In this document: positions 1 through 13,441 of the stretch, one piece after another
Position numbering within the stretch: position 1 is the stretch's first letter
Layout of the letters: every line of letters starts with the position of its first letter
NCBI RefSeq assembly: GCF_006345805.1
Contig: NC_043000.1
Span: 55,242,001-55,306,000 of the forward strand
DNA length: 64,000 bases
Direction of reading: 5' to 3'
DNA from: Octopus sinensis
Lineage: Eukaryota
The notes under the pieces: model-generated
Seen by the model: the letters and a program-made list of their open reading frames with translations, nothing else
Databases searched by the model: none
Told to the model about the DNA's origin: nothing
Made by a program: the position numbers and the translations under genes

Positions 1-252
1 AGTTTTCAGGAGCATCTCTCAAGTTTTCTCTGGATAATCATTGAAATAATATAGCATTTAAAAAGTTATATTGAGAATGTGACGGTGATATCTGTTTAAA
101 AACGAGGGCACATAGAAACATACTCTAGAACAATGTGCTTGCGCTTATTGTATCTTGTTTCTAGTAATTCTGATTATTATTTTCAGAAATTACTATTGTT
201 ATTAATACCACTTCTTACATTATTATTATCATTATTATTATCATCATCATTA

Positions 253-478
253 TTTGATGAAAACTCATATTTTATTTTGCTGGGTATGACGGAAAGTATC
301 TGCTGTCCACAGCCAGCAGACTGAGGTGACGGTTGTTAGCCGGTCATGTTTCAAGAACCCTGCGAAGAATTCCTGCTGTTCCAAACAATGCTGATTTTTG
401 TAGGTGTTCTACCTTTACATTTGTACCAATCTTTTTGGCCCATCTGGTAGTTGAGTGCCAATACTTCCAAGTGCGCAG
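253..478 (-). mobile_element. 3' end of an R4/Dong-like REL non-LTR retrotransposon (endonuclease C-terminus, 3' UTR, TAA/TGA tail)
   Basis: The - strand encodes ...ALGSIG...IGTNVKVEHLQKSALFGTAGILRRVLET*, typical of the REL C-terminus. The 3' UTR (gtcacctcagtctgctggctgtggacagc...catacccagcaaaata) matches 38583-38660 and runs into a TAA/TGA repeat. Confidence 0.8.
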
Positions 479-690
479 TACACAGTTGCTCAAAGGGGTA
501 CGAATCCAGCATGAGGCGGCAGGGGTAAACCAGCATAGACTGTTCCCTTCCCGCTGCTGATATTGGCGGTTGCGTTCTATGACGACGCGATCATACAACG
601 GGACTCACCTTTTTGAGGAGGGAAATGAAAAGAATGCCTGGTGTATGTCTTGTTGTGGGTACTCCTCCTAAAAAAATGGGGAATAGGCCT

Positions 691-695
<5 letters not shown>

Positions 696-770
<75 letters not shown>
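696..770. repeat. (TA)n microsatellite flanking the left end of the Penelope element
   Basis: Directly visible. Confidence 0.95.
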
Positions 771-771
<1 letters not shown>

Positions 772-802
772 GTATAAGGGTGAAAAGGAACACACGAGTT
801 GA

Positions 803-1899
803 TATATATGAAAAAACAAGTCAAAAATAGAAAATGCTAAAATAATTTTATAGTGAACATTTCAGTACCGGTTTCGGTCATTTTGAGACCTTTTCAACTG
901 TAACGATTAAATAATTAAATTTAGAAAAATTAGAAGAAAAGTTTTATTTAAAAGAATATTTCTATAGTAGTGTTCAGATTTAAGTGGCATTCTGCCTTTC
1001 TCTGACTCCCTTGTTTGCACTTGTGTGTTGGAGGTCGTTGTGAGTTCTTGGTAGGGTAGTAGAGGAAGAAAGCTGGTGAGGAAAGGGGGTGGGAGAATCT
1101 GGGAGTGCCCTGATGGTCGTATTTTGAATGATCAGTGGCGGCTGGCAGTCTCAGTTCAATTCAGGAGAATATTTATATTGACAGGCTTGTTTATAGAATT
1201 TGCGTAGGTGTTATACTAAAAAACATTAGTGACAAAGTTAAGGGGTAGGAGGTGGAGAAGTAGAAGGAGAAGAAGAAGAAGAAGAAGAAGAAGAAGATGA
1301 CGATGTTGATGATGATGATGATGAAGAAGAAGAAGAAGAAGGAGGAGAAGATGACGATGATGGTGATGGTGGTGATGATTATGACGACGATGATGATGAT
1401 AATGATGATGATGAAGAAGAAGAGGGAGAAGAAGAAAAAACAGAGAAGGGAGAATATGAATGGGTTAAAGTAGTGTGGTGTTGTATGACTTGAAGTTGGT
1501 ATGTTATGGATTATAGCTGTGATTTAAGCTGTGATTAGTAATGGATTCTTTGGAATGTAATATTTGTGTGTGAATATTTCTTTTATTCTAAAGTTGAGGT
1601 ATATTAATTGTTTGTCGTAGACCCGTTAAGAAGTGGCCTGTATTTTGCAATAAAGAGAGTTTCTTTACTTATTCGTTGTCTCGAGGTTGTATCGTCCCTA
1701 AATTGGTAGAGGGGGAAAATCCTGAAGCTTGGTGTTTTTTTGTTGGCGCAAGTATCTATGTGTTGGCTAAAAGCTATTTTTCTGTTTTGGGGAATTTTTA
1801 TCTGGGATCTGTGCAGGGCCATTCGTTTACGCAAACTATTTTTTGTTTGGCCTATGTACTGCTCTTGACACCCGGAGCAGGTTAGTGAGTATATTAGGT
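803..1899 (-). repeat. Inverted arm of the Penelope element (GIY-YIG C-terminus plus pLTR)
   Basis: ORF 1604..1834(-) is near-identical to the C-terminus of ORF 2699..3067(+). The UTR is mirrored with a few substitutions and microsatellite length changes. Confidence 0.95.
863..900 (-). ncRNA. Minimal type I hammerhead ribozyme, U3-A8 variant (inverted copy)
   Basis: The reverse complement reads CAG-TTGAAAA-GGTC-TCAAAAT-GACC-GAAA-CCGG-TA-CTG, identical to 3757-3794. Confidence 0.75.
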
Positions 1900-1918
1900 A
1901 TATTAGTGAGTATATTAG

Positions 1919-3067
1919 TCATAGGATATCTAGAGATCAGTCTGTATCGTAAGGTTCTAGAAAGATATGGCAGCCCTTTCTCCATCTACATAGAAAACAA
2001 CTGGAAGAGATATCTAGATGACTGTTTCATCCTTTGGCATAAAAGTATAGAAAAACTCATAGAATTCCAGGAAATTTTAAACGGACTGGACGTAAACATC
2101 CAATTCACGATGGAATATAGCCAGCAACAACTCCCCTTCCTCGATATCCTCATTAAAAAAGCTAATAATATAATAGAAACAGATATATATTATAAGCCTA
2201 CAGACTCTAAGCAATATCTTCCATTCAATTCATGCCACCCCAGACACACCAGGATGAATATCCCCTTCAACCTAGCAAAAAGGATATGCACTATAGTCTC
2301 GAACGCAAACACCAGAGACACACGACTACAAGAACTAAAAGATACCCTTATCACCAGGAACTATCCACCTTCACTTATTGACAAGTGCATTCAACTTAAC
2401 ATCAAGGAACTGAGACATCCCAAATCAAAGATAAACTTACAACCAAAAGCCTTACCATACATCTCCACACACAACCCTCTCAATAACGAAGCCTTCGGCA
2501 CCATCCTCCACAACATACCCCTCCTAAAAAAAGACCACAGAATGAACACAATCCTCCAAACACACACGATCATAAAAAGCAAGAGACAGCCTAAATCCAT
2601 GAAAAGTCTCCTAACACAAGCCCGAATTCACTCTTCAACACAGAAGCCGACAGTAAAAAAATGTGGAAGATCCAATTGCGGGATATGCGACTATCTAATT
2701 GAGGGATCAGAGTTCTCCTTCAAACGGACAACGGTTTACAGTGAAAGGCAACTTCACATGTGCTTCGGAGAACCTAATATACTCACTAACCTGCTCCGGG
2801 TGTCAAGAGCAGTACATAGGCCAAACAAAAAATAGTTTGCGTAAACGAATGGCCCAGCACAGATCCCAGATAAAAATTCCCCAAAACGGAAAAATAGCTT
2901 TTAGCCAACACATAGATACTTGCGCCAACAAAAAAACACCAAGCTTCAGGATTTTCCCCCTCTACCAATTTAGGGACGATACAACCTCGAGACAACGAAT
3001 AAGTAAAGAAACTCTCTTTATTGCAAAATACAGGCCACTTCTTAACGGGTCTACGACAAACAATTAA
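1919..3067 (+). pseudogene. Penelope RT (from just before the YLDD motif), Zn-binding linker and GIY-YIG endonuclease; one frameshift near 2720
   Basis: Motifs: WKRYLDDCF, IQFTME, LPFLDILI, TDIYYKPTDSKQYL..SCHPRHT, KCGRSNCGIC. After the frameshift: NLIYSLTCSGCQEQYIGQT...RKRMAQHRS...RISKE...YRPLLN. Confidence 0.93.
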
Positions 3068-3756
3068 TATACCTCCACTCTAGAATAAAAGAAATATTCA
3101 CACACAAATATTACATTCCAAAGAATCCATTACTAATCACAGCTTAAATCACAGCTATAATCCATAACATACCAACTTCAAGTCATACAACACCTCACTA
3201 CTTTAACCCATTCATATTCTCCCTTCTCTGTTTTTTCTTCTTCTGCCTCTCCATCATCATCATCATCATCGTCGTCATAATCATCACCACCATCACCATC
3301 ATCGTCATCTTCTCCTCCTTCTTCTTCTTCTTCTTCTTCATCATCATCATCATCAACATCGTCATCTTCTTCTTCTTCTTCTTCTTCTTCTCCTTCTACT
3401 TCTCCACCTCCTACCCCTTAACTTTGTCACTAATGTTTTTTAGTATAACACCTACGCAAATTCTATAAACAAGCCTGTCAATATAAATATTCTCCTGAAT
3501 TGAACTGAGACTGCCAGCCGCCACTGATCATTCAAAATACGACCATCAGGGCACTCCCAGATTCTCCCACCCCCTTTCCTCACCAGCTTTCTTCCTCTAC
3601 TACCCTACCAAGAACTCACAACGACCTCCAACACACAAGTGCAAACAAGGGAGTCAGAGAAAGGCAGAATGCCACTTAAATCTGAACACTACTATAGAAA
3701 TATTCTTTTAAAAAACTTTTCTTCTAATTTTTCTAAATTTAATTATTTAATCGTTA

Positions 3757-3794
3757 CAGTTGAAAAGGTCTCAAAATGACCGAAACCGGTACTG
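3757..3794 (+). ncRNA. Minimal type I hammerhead ribozyme in the pLTR, U3-A8 variant
   Basis: Stem I is CAG/CTG, the core is TTGAAAA, stem II is GGTC/GACC, then GAAA, palindromic stem III ACCGGT and a GUA cleavage triplet. PLE terminal repeats are known to carry such minimal hammerheads. Confidence 0.78.
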
Positions 3795-3846
3795 AAATGT
3801 TCACTATAAAATTATTTTAGCATTTTCTATTTTTGACTTGCTTTTC

Positions 3847-3847
3847 A

Positions 3848-3946
<99 letters not shown>

Positions 3947-4111
3947 TATATACATACTTATATATATATATACACATACATATACATATATATGTGTATA
4001 TATATATACATATATATGTATATATGCATATATATATATATATATATAGATATATATAAATATACATATATATTTGAATGCACACACATACACACATACA
4101 CACAGACACAT

Positions 4112-4145
<34 letters not shown>

Positions 4146-4158
4146 TTATACATATATA
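3847..4158. repeat. Compound (TA)n/(CA)n microsatellite
   Basis: Directly visible. Confidence 0.95.
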
Positions 4159-4160
4159 TT

Positions 4161-4545
4161 AGCGCAGGCGTGGCTCTGTGGCTGAAAGCTTGCTTCCTCT
4201 CAAGCTATAGTAGAATACACTTAAGCAAGTGTATTCTACTATAGCTTGAGGCTGAACAGACCCTTGTGAGTGGATTTGGTGGATGGAATCTGAAAAAAAG
4301 ACAGTCGTATATATATGTGTGTATGTATATATCTATGTTTGTATTTATACATATGTCTATGTGTGTGTGACTTCGAGTCAGTGTTTGTCCAACCCATCAC
4401 AGCTTGACAACCGGTGCTGGTGTGTTTAGTGCTAGGCTTACAAAATATGAATCCTTGGATCGATTTCTACTAAAACCATTCAAGGAGGTGATCTAGCATG
4501 GTCTATCAAATGACTGAAACAAGTAAAAGAATAAAAAGAGTAAAG
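4161..4545 (+). mobile_element. tRNA-type SINE (family A), degenerate
   Basis: Head gcgcaggcgtggctctgtgg, body ccttgtgagtggatttggt...gcttgacaaccggtgctggtgtgttt and tail aaatgactgaaacaagtaaaagaataaaa. The pattern recurs at 4890-5255, 47560-47730 and 62915-63225. Confidence 0.7.
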
Positions 4546-4889
4546 GAATATGTGTGCGTGCTTGTGTGTGAGTGTGTGTGTGTTTGTATATATGTATGTA
4601 TGTATATGTGGATGTATGTATGTATGTATGTATGTATGTATGTATGTATGTATGTATGTATGTATGCAAGTATGTATACTTGCTTATTGCTTTATTCTGC
4701 CGACAAAGAAGTTGCCAGCTTTGAATTTCATTTCTTTGTTCAACCGCTTTCATTCTAGTTATGCATCACATTACCACTTTCACATATATGATTGCACTTT
4801 GTCTCAACCGCGCAATGGGATAGCACAACTGCAGCATGAACAAACTAAAGCCAATATAGCTGCATTAGTATTAATTAAAATTAGATAAC

Positions 4890-5255
4890 AGGCGTGGGCG
4901 AAGTTGTATTGTAAGGAGTTTACTTCCCAACTCTATGATTCTGGGTTCAATCCAGCTTCCTGGCACCTTGAACAAGTGTCTTTCACTATAGCGCTGTGTT
5001 GTCCAAAGCCTTGCGTATAGTTTGTTGCACGGAAACTGATAGACGTCCGTTGTTTTTACATGTGTGTATCTTGGTCTCTCACTATTTGACAACCGGTGTT
5101 GGTGTCTTTACGTTTCCATAACCTAGGTGTTCGGCACGTGCGAACAATACAACAGTTACCAGGCTTTAAAACTTATGACAGGATTGATTCGTTCGACCAA
5201 ATTTTATAAAACAACCTGACCCAGCATGACCGTAGTCTATTGGCTGCAACACGTA
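4890..5255 (+). mobile_element. tRNA-type SINE (family A), degenerate
   Basis: B-box-like gggttcaatcc; body shared with 4161-4545 (caagtgtcttttactatagc...caaagccttg...ttgacaaccggtgttggtgt). Confidence 0.65.
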
Positions 5256-5565
5256 AAAAAAAACTAATTCAATTGAATTGCCAATATCTTCAAAATTGGA
5301 AGCGTCTCATATATCCGCACCTTGGTTATACGTTCACACATTAATATTCGTTCAAAGATTTGCGAGAGTAACAACAACTAATTTGAATCTCCGGTCTGCT
5401 ACTACGTAGCATGGAATGTCAGCACTATATGAATATATCATGAGAAAAACATTTGCAGTATTGTTTTGATTGATACTAAAACACAGGAGTATATTCATTC
5501 CGACGCTTGACGAACCACTCACAATTATATAGTTTTCTTCACATGCAAATTGAATTAGCTTATTA

Positions 5566-6443
5566 CGAGATCTGATCAATAAGTATCCGGACTAGTGCCA
5601 TAGTAACGACCCTAAAGCACGCGGAGTAAACTGCTTGGCAAATATTGAAAATAACTCCACTGTGAATGCACATTAAGTTTTAAGGTTCTAGCTCACATCC
5701 GCTGTTTCCAGCAGTATTTGGAAGAAAGATGTGTAGCCTGTGATCGTTGCATTAACCATGACAGAAAGGTGTCATAGCGATACCTGCTTAGAGGACTACA
5801 CAAATTTGCAGAAAGTTTATGGAGAGGAGTGTATGAGCCGCACACAAGTTTGCGAGTGGTTCTGACGTTTCCAAGATGGCCGAAAAAATGTCTATATTGA
5901 TGAACGTTCTGGAAGACCTGGAACCAGCAGAACTGAGACAAACATAGCAAATGTGCGAGCAGCTGTGAGGAGAAATCCTCGAATCCCAATCCGTGAGTTA
6001 TCAGACGATGTGCAGATTAGTTACGGTTCAGTTCAGTCCTTTATCACTGACGATTTGGGTATGAGACGCGTGTCTGCGAAGTTTGTGCCAAAACTGCTTT
6101 CAACTGACCAAAAAGTCATTCGGGTTTAAGTTGCACAAGATATCCTTGATTGTGCCGAGAACGATGAAAACTTTTTGAAAAGATTGCGTAGGCCTATGAG
6201 CAGGTGGTGCCAAGCTTTTGGCAAAATTTGAGGCAGATTCTCTGCTCAAATTTCCCTGTCATGGTCAATGCGACGATCACACGCTACACACCTTCCTTCT
6301 AATCACAGTTGTAAACAGCGGAATTGAGCTTGAACCTTAAAAGTTAGCGCACATGAACAGCGGAGTTTATGGTTAATCTGTACCAAGCATCCTTTAGCTT
6401 CGTTACTATTGTAACAGTCAGTATACTTATTGATCAGAACACG
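5566..6443 (+). mobile_element. Internally deleted mariner with long inverted arms
   Basis: TA|cgagatctgatcaataagtat...atacttattgatcagaacacg|TA. Transposase remnant: EWF.RFQDGR...SGRP...IRELSDDVQISYGSVQSFITDDLGMRRVSAKFVPKLLSTDQK. Confidence 0.85.
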
Positions 6444-8094
6444 TATATGGAAATTAATGTAATGCTGGCATTTATAACATCTCATTGTTTTGGCGAATAT
6501 CAAAAATGATATACACCAAACTTCTATTCAAATGTTTAAAAGCAGCACTACCCATACTTTAGAAACCCTTTTTTAATTATATATACATTAACTGAAATAT
6601 TTACAAATATGTGCAACATTATTCCCTGAGGATCTAAGATATTTATGCATAAATATTCATTAAAGTTAGTAATTTAATTTATATTACCTACGAGTAAATT
6701 AAAATAAACTTTATTATCAAGATGTTCATATGAATAATTGTATGAAAAGATACTGCTGAAAGGCCAAGGTAGCAGATAATAAAAGCCTTTGCTGAAGATG
6801 AGACGCATGGGTTGATTTGAAGATTACAATACCAAAAGGAAACCTTTTTATTTTGCAGCTTTTTTTCACTGTTTCAAATAGCAACTTCTTTCATGTTAGC
6901 AATTTACTAGTATTGTACCGAAGTATTTATACCGAAAAGCGAAGTGTTTGTGATAAAATATGATGTGTAGTACACTTTATTCTGCATTAGATATCATACT
7001 GACGCCGCATTCTTCAAATATATTTGGAAAAGAGTATATATTTCACAGATATGTCTTGAAAATATTATATGGAAGGAAATGTAAAAGCTAATGTCTATAT
7101 TATTTTCGTAGTGTTTGTAAGAAAATTCTATGCCTTGTAACTGTTCTGTTTTCTACTTCTTAGTTAGTAATACTTAGTTAGTGATGTGAGCATCAGAGGA
7201 GTGGGCTACAACATTTCTTGCCATATTAACTTATATTCTACTCAAAATTGACTTTGAATTTGACTTTCATCTTCCTCGAGTTAATAAAATAATACCAGAC
7301 ATGTCAAGAATTCTATCGATTGCACACACACTTCCTACATTTATAACCCTGTTTTTGCATTTTTTTAAACAATAGAACAAATTAATATCCAATATTACAA
7401 ATATTAAGGCATATAACTTAGGAAATAACTCCAACATTAATAGTTTTTCGTATCGAAATGTGCATACAAAATTTTCTCAGCTCATTTAGGATATGACCAA
7501 ACAAATCTAAATTCTTAAACCTCTGGTCAAATCCGAGAAATTCAATAAGTTAGATGTTGCAGTAGGAAAAAACTATCTACTTATTTTCTTTTTTCTACCG
7601 CACCCAGAAATGACGTAGCAATCAAATACCAGTTAACCATCCAATTCATTGATTATATTGTTTCCTTTGAAACATGTACAGCATTATAGTAATAGAATGC
7701 ATCCGCTTTGTTCTACGTGAATAACTGAAAATCTTGTAAAACAACATTTTAAATGAATTTCTACCGCTAATTGAACAACGTAATGAACCGTTAACATCTA
7801 AAATCTAATTCTATGTTGCATTTCATATTTTATTTTATAAATGTTTGTGTATTTTTATGTTTGTATTGTATTCATATTTGAAAGATTAGCATGAAACTAT
7901 AGATATAATTATTTTATCTTTTAATCGCTTTAAGTTGATATCCTACGAAGATGAATTCAGCAACCATAATCAATAAGGTATTGTGATTTAAATATGATTC
8001 AGCAAGCAAAATTATATGTATATATGTGCGAGTATAGATACAAGAACACATTTATACATACATCCATTTTAATAAAAGGTTATATCGGGTCAAA

Positions 8095-8211
8095 TTTCTG
8101 TGTCTATCCCTCTCTCTCTCTCTCTCACGCACACACACACGCCCTCTCTCTCTCTCGATCTTACTGCCTTAATTTAATTTATCCATCTATTTATATAGCT
8201 ATATATACACG

Positions 8212-8285
<74 letters not shown>

Positions 8286-8328
8286 TCAGTGTGCGTATGT
8301 ATCAGTGCATGTATACTTATATATGATG

Positions 8329-8366
<38 letters not shown>

Positions 8367-8427
8367 TGTATATATATTTAAATAAAGATATGCATATATA
8401 TATGTATATGTATGTACATGTATATAT

Positions 8428-8505
<78 letters not shown>
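8095..8505. repeat. Compound (TC)/(TA)/(GA)/(TG) microsatellites
   Basis: Directly visible. Confidence 0.9.
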
Positions 8506-8507
<2 letters not shown>

Positions 8508-8823
8508 TTTATGAGTGTTTTTGGCTGCTCGCTTTTATATATTAAGATATTACTATTTAAATACGATTTAGCGATCAGTGCGTTTAATCTACTGAAAAAT
8601 AACCACAAACTAAACTATACAATTTTTATGACTTAGTTTTGGAGATTTTTGGGGAAAATCTTTATCCTAACCATTCAAATAGTAGTCATTATACGAGACG
8701 AACTTGAATCACAGACGTTCGTATTTATTTGCGGCAAGGGTCATTGAATAAAAAAACATTAACTTTTCAGAGGCATCACTCAAAGGACAAGGGTACTAAT
8801 TTTTTTTTAATGAGACAGCATGA

Positions 8824-8860
<37 letters not shown>

Positions 8861-9147
8861 CACACAAATACCTGATTCTGACGTGTGTACTTGTGTTGAG
8901 AGACACGGAAGCAAGCAAAAGTGTTCAGTACATTATTTAAGATTATTTGATCTTGCAAAACTGATGACCTTTTCATTTTTACGCAAATTTCCTACATATG
9001 TGTTATTTTTTGACAGTCGAATTTTCCCCCCTGAAAATGTGCAGGTAGCGATAAAATGGACAATGACAGTGTGAATCATCAGGTCCTATCACATGTATAT
9101 GCGTGTATGTATGTGTAATTATATAGTTTATGTATATATATATATAT

Positions 9148-9960
9148 TCGCCTTGGCTTAGGAAAAATGACTAAATTGTTGAGGTTAAACCCCAATTAAG
9201 GGGTCTTACTGACCTAATAAGAAGTTGAAATGTTAGGAATATTACTTCATTTGTGTCTAATATCTATTGGTGGTTATGGCCTCATTTATGCCCCCTCATT
9301 TTCAAACTGCATTACATCCGTCTTTATGCATAGAATATAATTTCCAAATTTCATAAATATCCATTCAATACTTTTAACCTTGTTTAGGATCAAACATGTC
9401 TAAAATTTGATAAGTTAAGATCCCCATTAGGGGTCTTACAACACTCATGAGAAGCGGAAAATTTGAAAAAACTTCTTGATTTGTGTCAATTACCTATAGT
9501 CGAAATTTCATCAACATAGGAAATTTATGAATTTTCATGGGGGTTTCTGCCCCTTTAAATCCCTTCAAATTCAAACTAAGCATACTGCACTATACCCACC
9601 ATTATGCATTGAATCTAATTTCTAGATATCATAAGGATCCATTCAGTAATTTTGGTCCATGAAAAATGACTAAAATTCGGGGGTCTTAGTGTCATCCAAA
9701 TTAATGGAAATTTTGGGTATATTATTTCAATTGATTTCTAACACCTATGGTTAAAATTTCATCAAAATCCGAAGCATATGAACTTACACGGGGGATTCTT
9801 CATCCACTTTATGCCCCATCAAAATTGTATGAAACATACGGCATTACTCGTCTCCCTTGGCTTGGATTTTGTGTTCCAAATTTCATTAGGATCGGTCCAG
9901 TAGTTTTTGAGTCTGTAAGTAACACACAACACACAGACATTGACTTTTATATTATATATA
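9148..9960 (+). mobile_element. Non-autonomous repeat with three diverged internal units of about 250 bp (Helitron/Helentron-like end)
   Basis: ggggtctta...gaaa recurs at about 9200, 9430 and 9680, and aatttcat.a.gatcc..tc at about 9345, 9625 and 9880. It ends in cacacagacattgacttttatat within TA. Confidence 0.5.
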
Positions 9961-9964
9961 TATA

Positions 9965-10507
9965 CGAGTAAAACACCCCCGCCCCGTCCAGTGGACGGTG
10001 TTGAGTTGTCAAAATTTTAAACCAAATTTTCTCAAAACAACTTGTCCGACCGTTCCATAGGCCTCCCCTTTGAGAAACTCTGATTTAACCTAAATTTGAG
10101 ACACCAGCGAAAGAAGAAATATAGACTTTTTCTATTCCAAAGAAAAACGATTTTATTCACACAAATATGCAACCGAAGAGTTTAAATACCATAAGGCTGT
10201 TGACTGGGAGATGGTTTAAACAGTAAGCTTGGCAGGAAAGGAACGTGCCTTTAAGCAGTACAAAAACAACAAAAAATGGAAGGTGCAGTTATGTACAGGT
10301 TGACGGAAGAAAAGCTGGACAAAAACAGCTTTATCGATCGCATTCTCACCTGGAATCGGTTTTTGCAATTTGTTTACAAGTTTTATACACACCCTGATAC
10401 CGTCGGTGTCTACATATCAAATTTGAGCGCAATCAGATGGAGGATGCTCGAGATCCGAGAAGACACACACAGAGACAGACAGACAGAACGGATTTTATAT
10501 AAGAGAT
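9965..10507 (+). mobile_element. Non-autonomous repeat, Helitron/Helentron-like
   Basis: Ends in aaatttgagcgcaatc...acacacacagagacagacagacagaacggattttatataaagagat, a terminal layout common in such elements. The class is inferred. Confidence 0.4.
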
Positions 10508-11893
10508 AAGGCATGATATATATTATTTATTTAAACATATATTTACCTCTGGTAAAATTATTCTGAGATGGTTACTATGCATTAGATAGTGAAATGCTTA
10601 AGGAACTTTAATAATTGCAATTACAATATATACGAGGGATAATTCCATACTACTCTGAAACGCAACATAAATTTTGTCGTTGCAGAAACTTGCAGAGTAT
10701 CTAATGAAAGTTTTAACCAAACTATAAGTAAAATGCAATTCTAATACTTTCGAATCCTTACAAAATTTCATGAGCACTGTTTTTTTCTATTTGGGACAGG
10801 GCAGTAAACATAGACTCATTTGATCATGTAAACATATATAAGTTACTTAATAGCATTTCTCAACTATAATATTTGCAATCTTTGCAAATTTCACTCCGAA
10901 TATTTCTCAGATGAAATTATAAATAGAAATAGGTTTATACTTCAAGTCACATTAAATTTTTACATTGAACATCTGCAGCTTGCATGTCATGTCGTTATTA
11001 TTGTTGAAGTCCTGCAGGAAATTATTTCTAAATAACGACTTACGTGCCGTATATATTAAAAATATTATCTTATTCTTGTGAATACTCTATTTCGTAATGT
11101 TCGAAGCAACACATTATTCCAGGAGGATGCAAAGAATACTTACAGTGCAATAATTTAATCATTTTAGTTCTACAACACATGATATAAAATACACTATCTT
11201 GGAAAACGAAATGCATTTCCGAGAAATACTAATGTTAATGCAAATATGTATTCTTATTCTTTTCTGATCCATCTTTGGCAAGTAGTATATAAATTTTAAA
11301 ACAGCATTGTTCCTTTCCCATTCATTTTCCTAATAGCAAATTATAACAAGCAATTTCAAATTGTAGATAATTTCGTGAAATTAATATCCCATTTACATTA
11401 GAGTATTCTCGTTCAGTAATTAGTCTAAATTTAAACACTTCGAAAAGGAAAATAATGTTCATAAGAAGATTATTTTAAAAATTGTGCATAATATGCGAGC
11501 ATATAATTCTTAAAACTGCTTTGGTTTTGTTCTATATCATACATATACATACATACACATATATTTTATATAATGTATATATAATATATAATATAGTGCG
11601 TGTGTGAGGGCGTGCATGTGTATGTGCGTGTGAGTGTGCATAATTCTGTTCAGTGAAAGTATGAAACAGACTGCCGTTTGGCTTGTCTCAAAGTTACTTC
11701 AGGCATTGGTGTCGCAGAATGCAGTGCATCAATTTCATCAATGCGTTGAAAACACTATTGCCTGAAAAGGAGAAGTTATTCTTATAAGACATAAACTATA
11801 GCGCTCAGCATATTTAGCGTCCGAACTTATCTGGACCTACATATATGGGAATATTCATTCCCTATCGCGCGGTAGATGGTGCAAATAACGATA

Positions 11894-12768
<875 letters not shown>

Positions 12769-12774
12769 ATATAT

Positions 12775-12829
<55 letters not shown>

Positions 12830-13397
12830 CAGTAATATCAGCGCCAAGCAGTGTCTGGGCATAAGCGAACTGTAGGTTAGTTAAAATATATTTCCTTATT
12901 CAATGTTGTTGAGAATGTTCGATGGCAAGGAATTGCGGAAGTTACTAGTTCCAATTTTGAATAGAATTTTTCTATTAATATATATTTACGTGGTCAAGGA
13001 AAAACTATTTCTAGCCACCAATGACAAGCAGTCTCAAACCACTCTTCCAGTTGTAGTCCAAGCTGGAGTTTTAGTAGTAAACCTAACTGAGCACTCATAG
13101 TACATACACCTTAGAGTACGTCATTTGACGAAAACTATTTTTATATTCTCTCTTTGTTGTCAATGCCCAATATTTATGCCACAAATTGCTGCAAAGATGT
13201 TCCATTATTCTTGGTACGTAGACACAATATTTTATAAAATCTGTGTGTGTGTATGCGTGTGTGTGTTTGTGTGTGTTTGTATATGCGCATGTCTATGTAT
13301 GTATGTATGTATGTATGTATGTATGTATGTATGTATGTGTATTTGATCATTGTTATAACGAGCAACTTATAAAATGATGCTTATATGACAATTTTCA

Positions 13398-13441
<44 letters not shown>

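Larger units (their letters stand above)
803..3850 (+). mobile_element. Penelope-like retroelement, 5'-truncated, with an inverted copy of its 3' end at the 5' side
   Basis: RT plus GIY-YIG coding lies on + at 1919-3067, with the 3' UTR/pLTR to about 3850. 803-1899 is the reverse complement of about 2772-3850. Both outer ends lie at (TA)n. Confidence 0.93.

Noticed and set aside
577-824. ORFs rich in IY/YI, CV/VC, NNN or III (also near 3838, 8378, 11827, 38986, 44303, 45742, 50116, 56886)
   Set aside because: They are translations of microsatellites, not genes.
1255-1445. (GAA)/(GAT) tract that looks like an acidic protein region
   Set aside because: It is the antisense of the (TCT)/(TCA) repeat in the Penelope 3' UTR and has no ORF context.
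1843-1918. N-terminus of the 330-aa ORF as a real start or membrane segment
   Set aside because: It derives from the inverted arm and junction duplication; the RT is 5'-truncated.
1919-3067. Selenocysteine recoding in the main Penelope ORF
   Set aside because: The retained coding region has no in-frame TGA, and the Cys motifs are ordinary Cys codons.
8961-9000. CTGATGA as a hammerhead core (also on - at about 9077 and 16166)
   Set aside because: There is no stem II followed by GAAA...UH.
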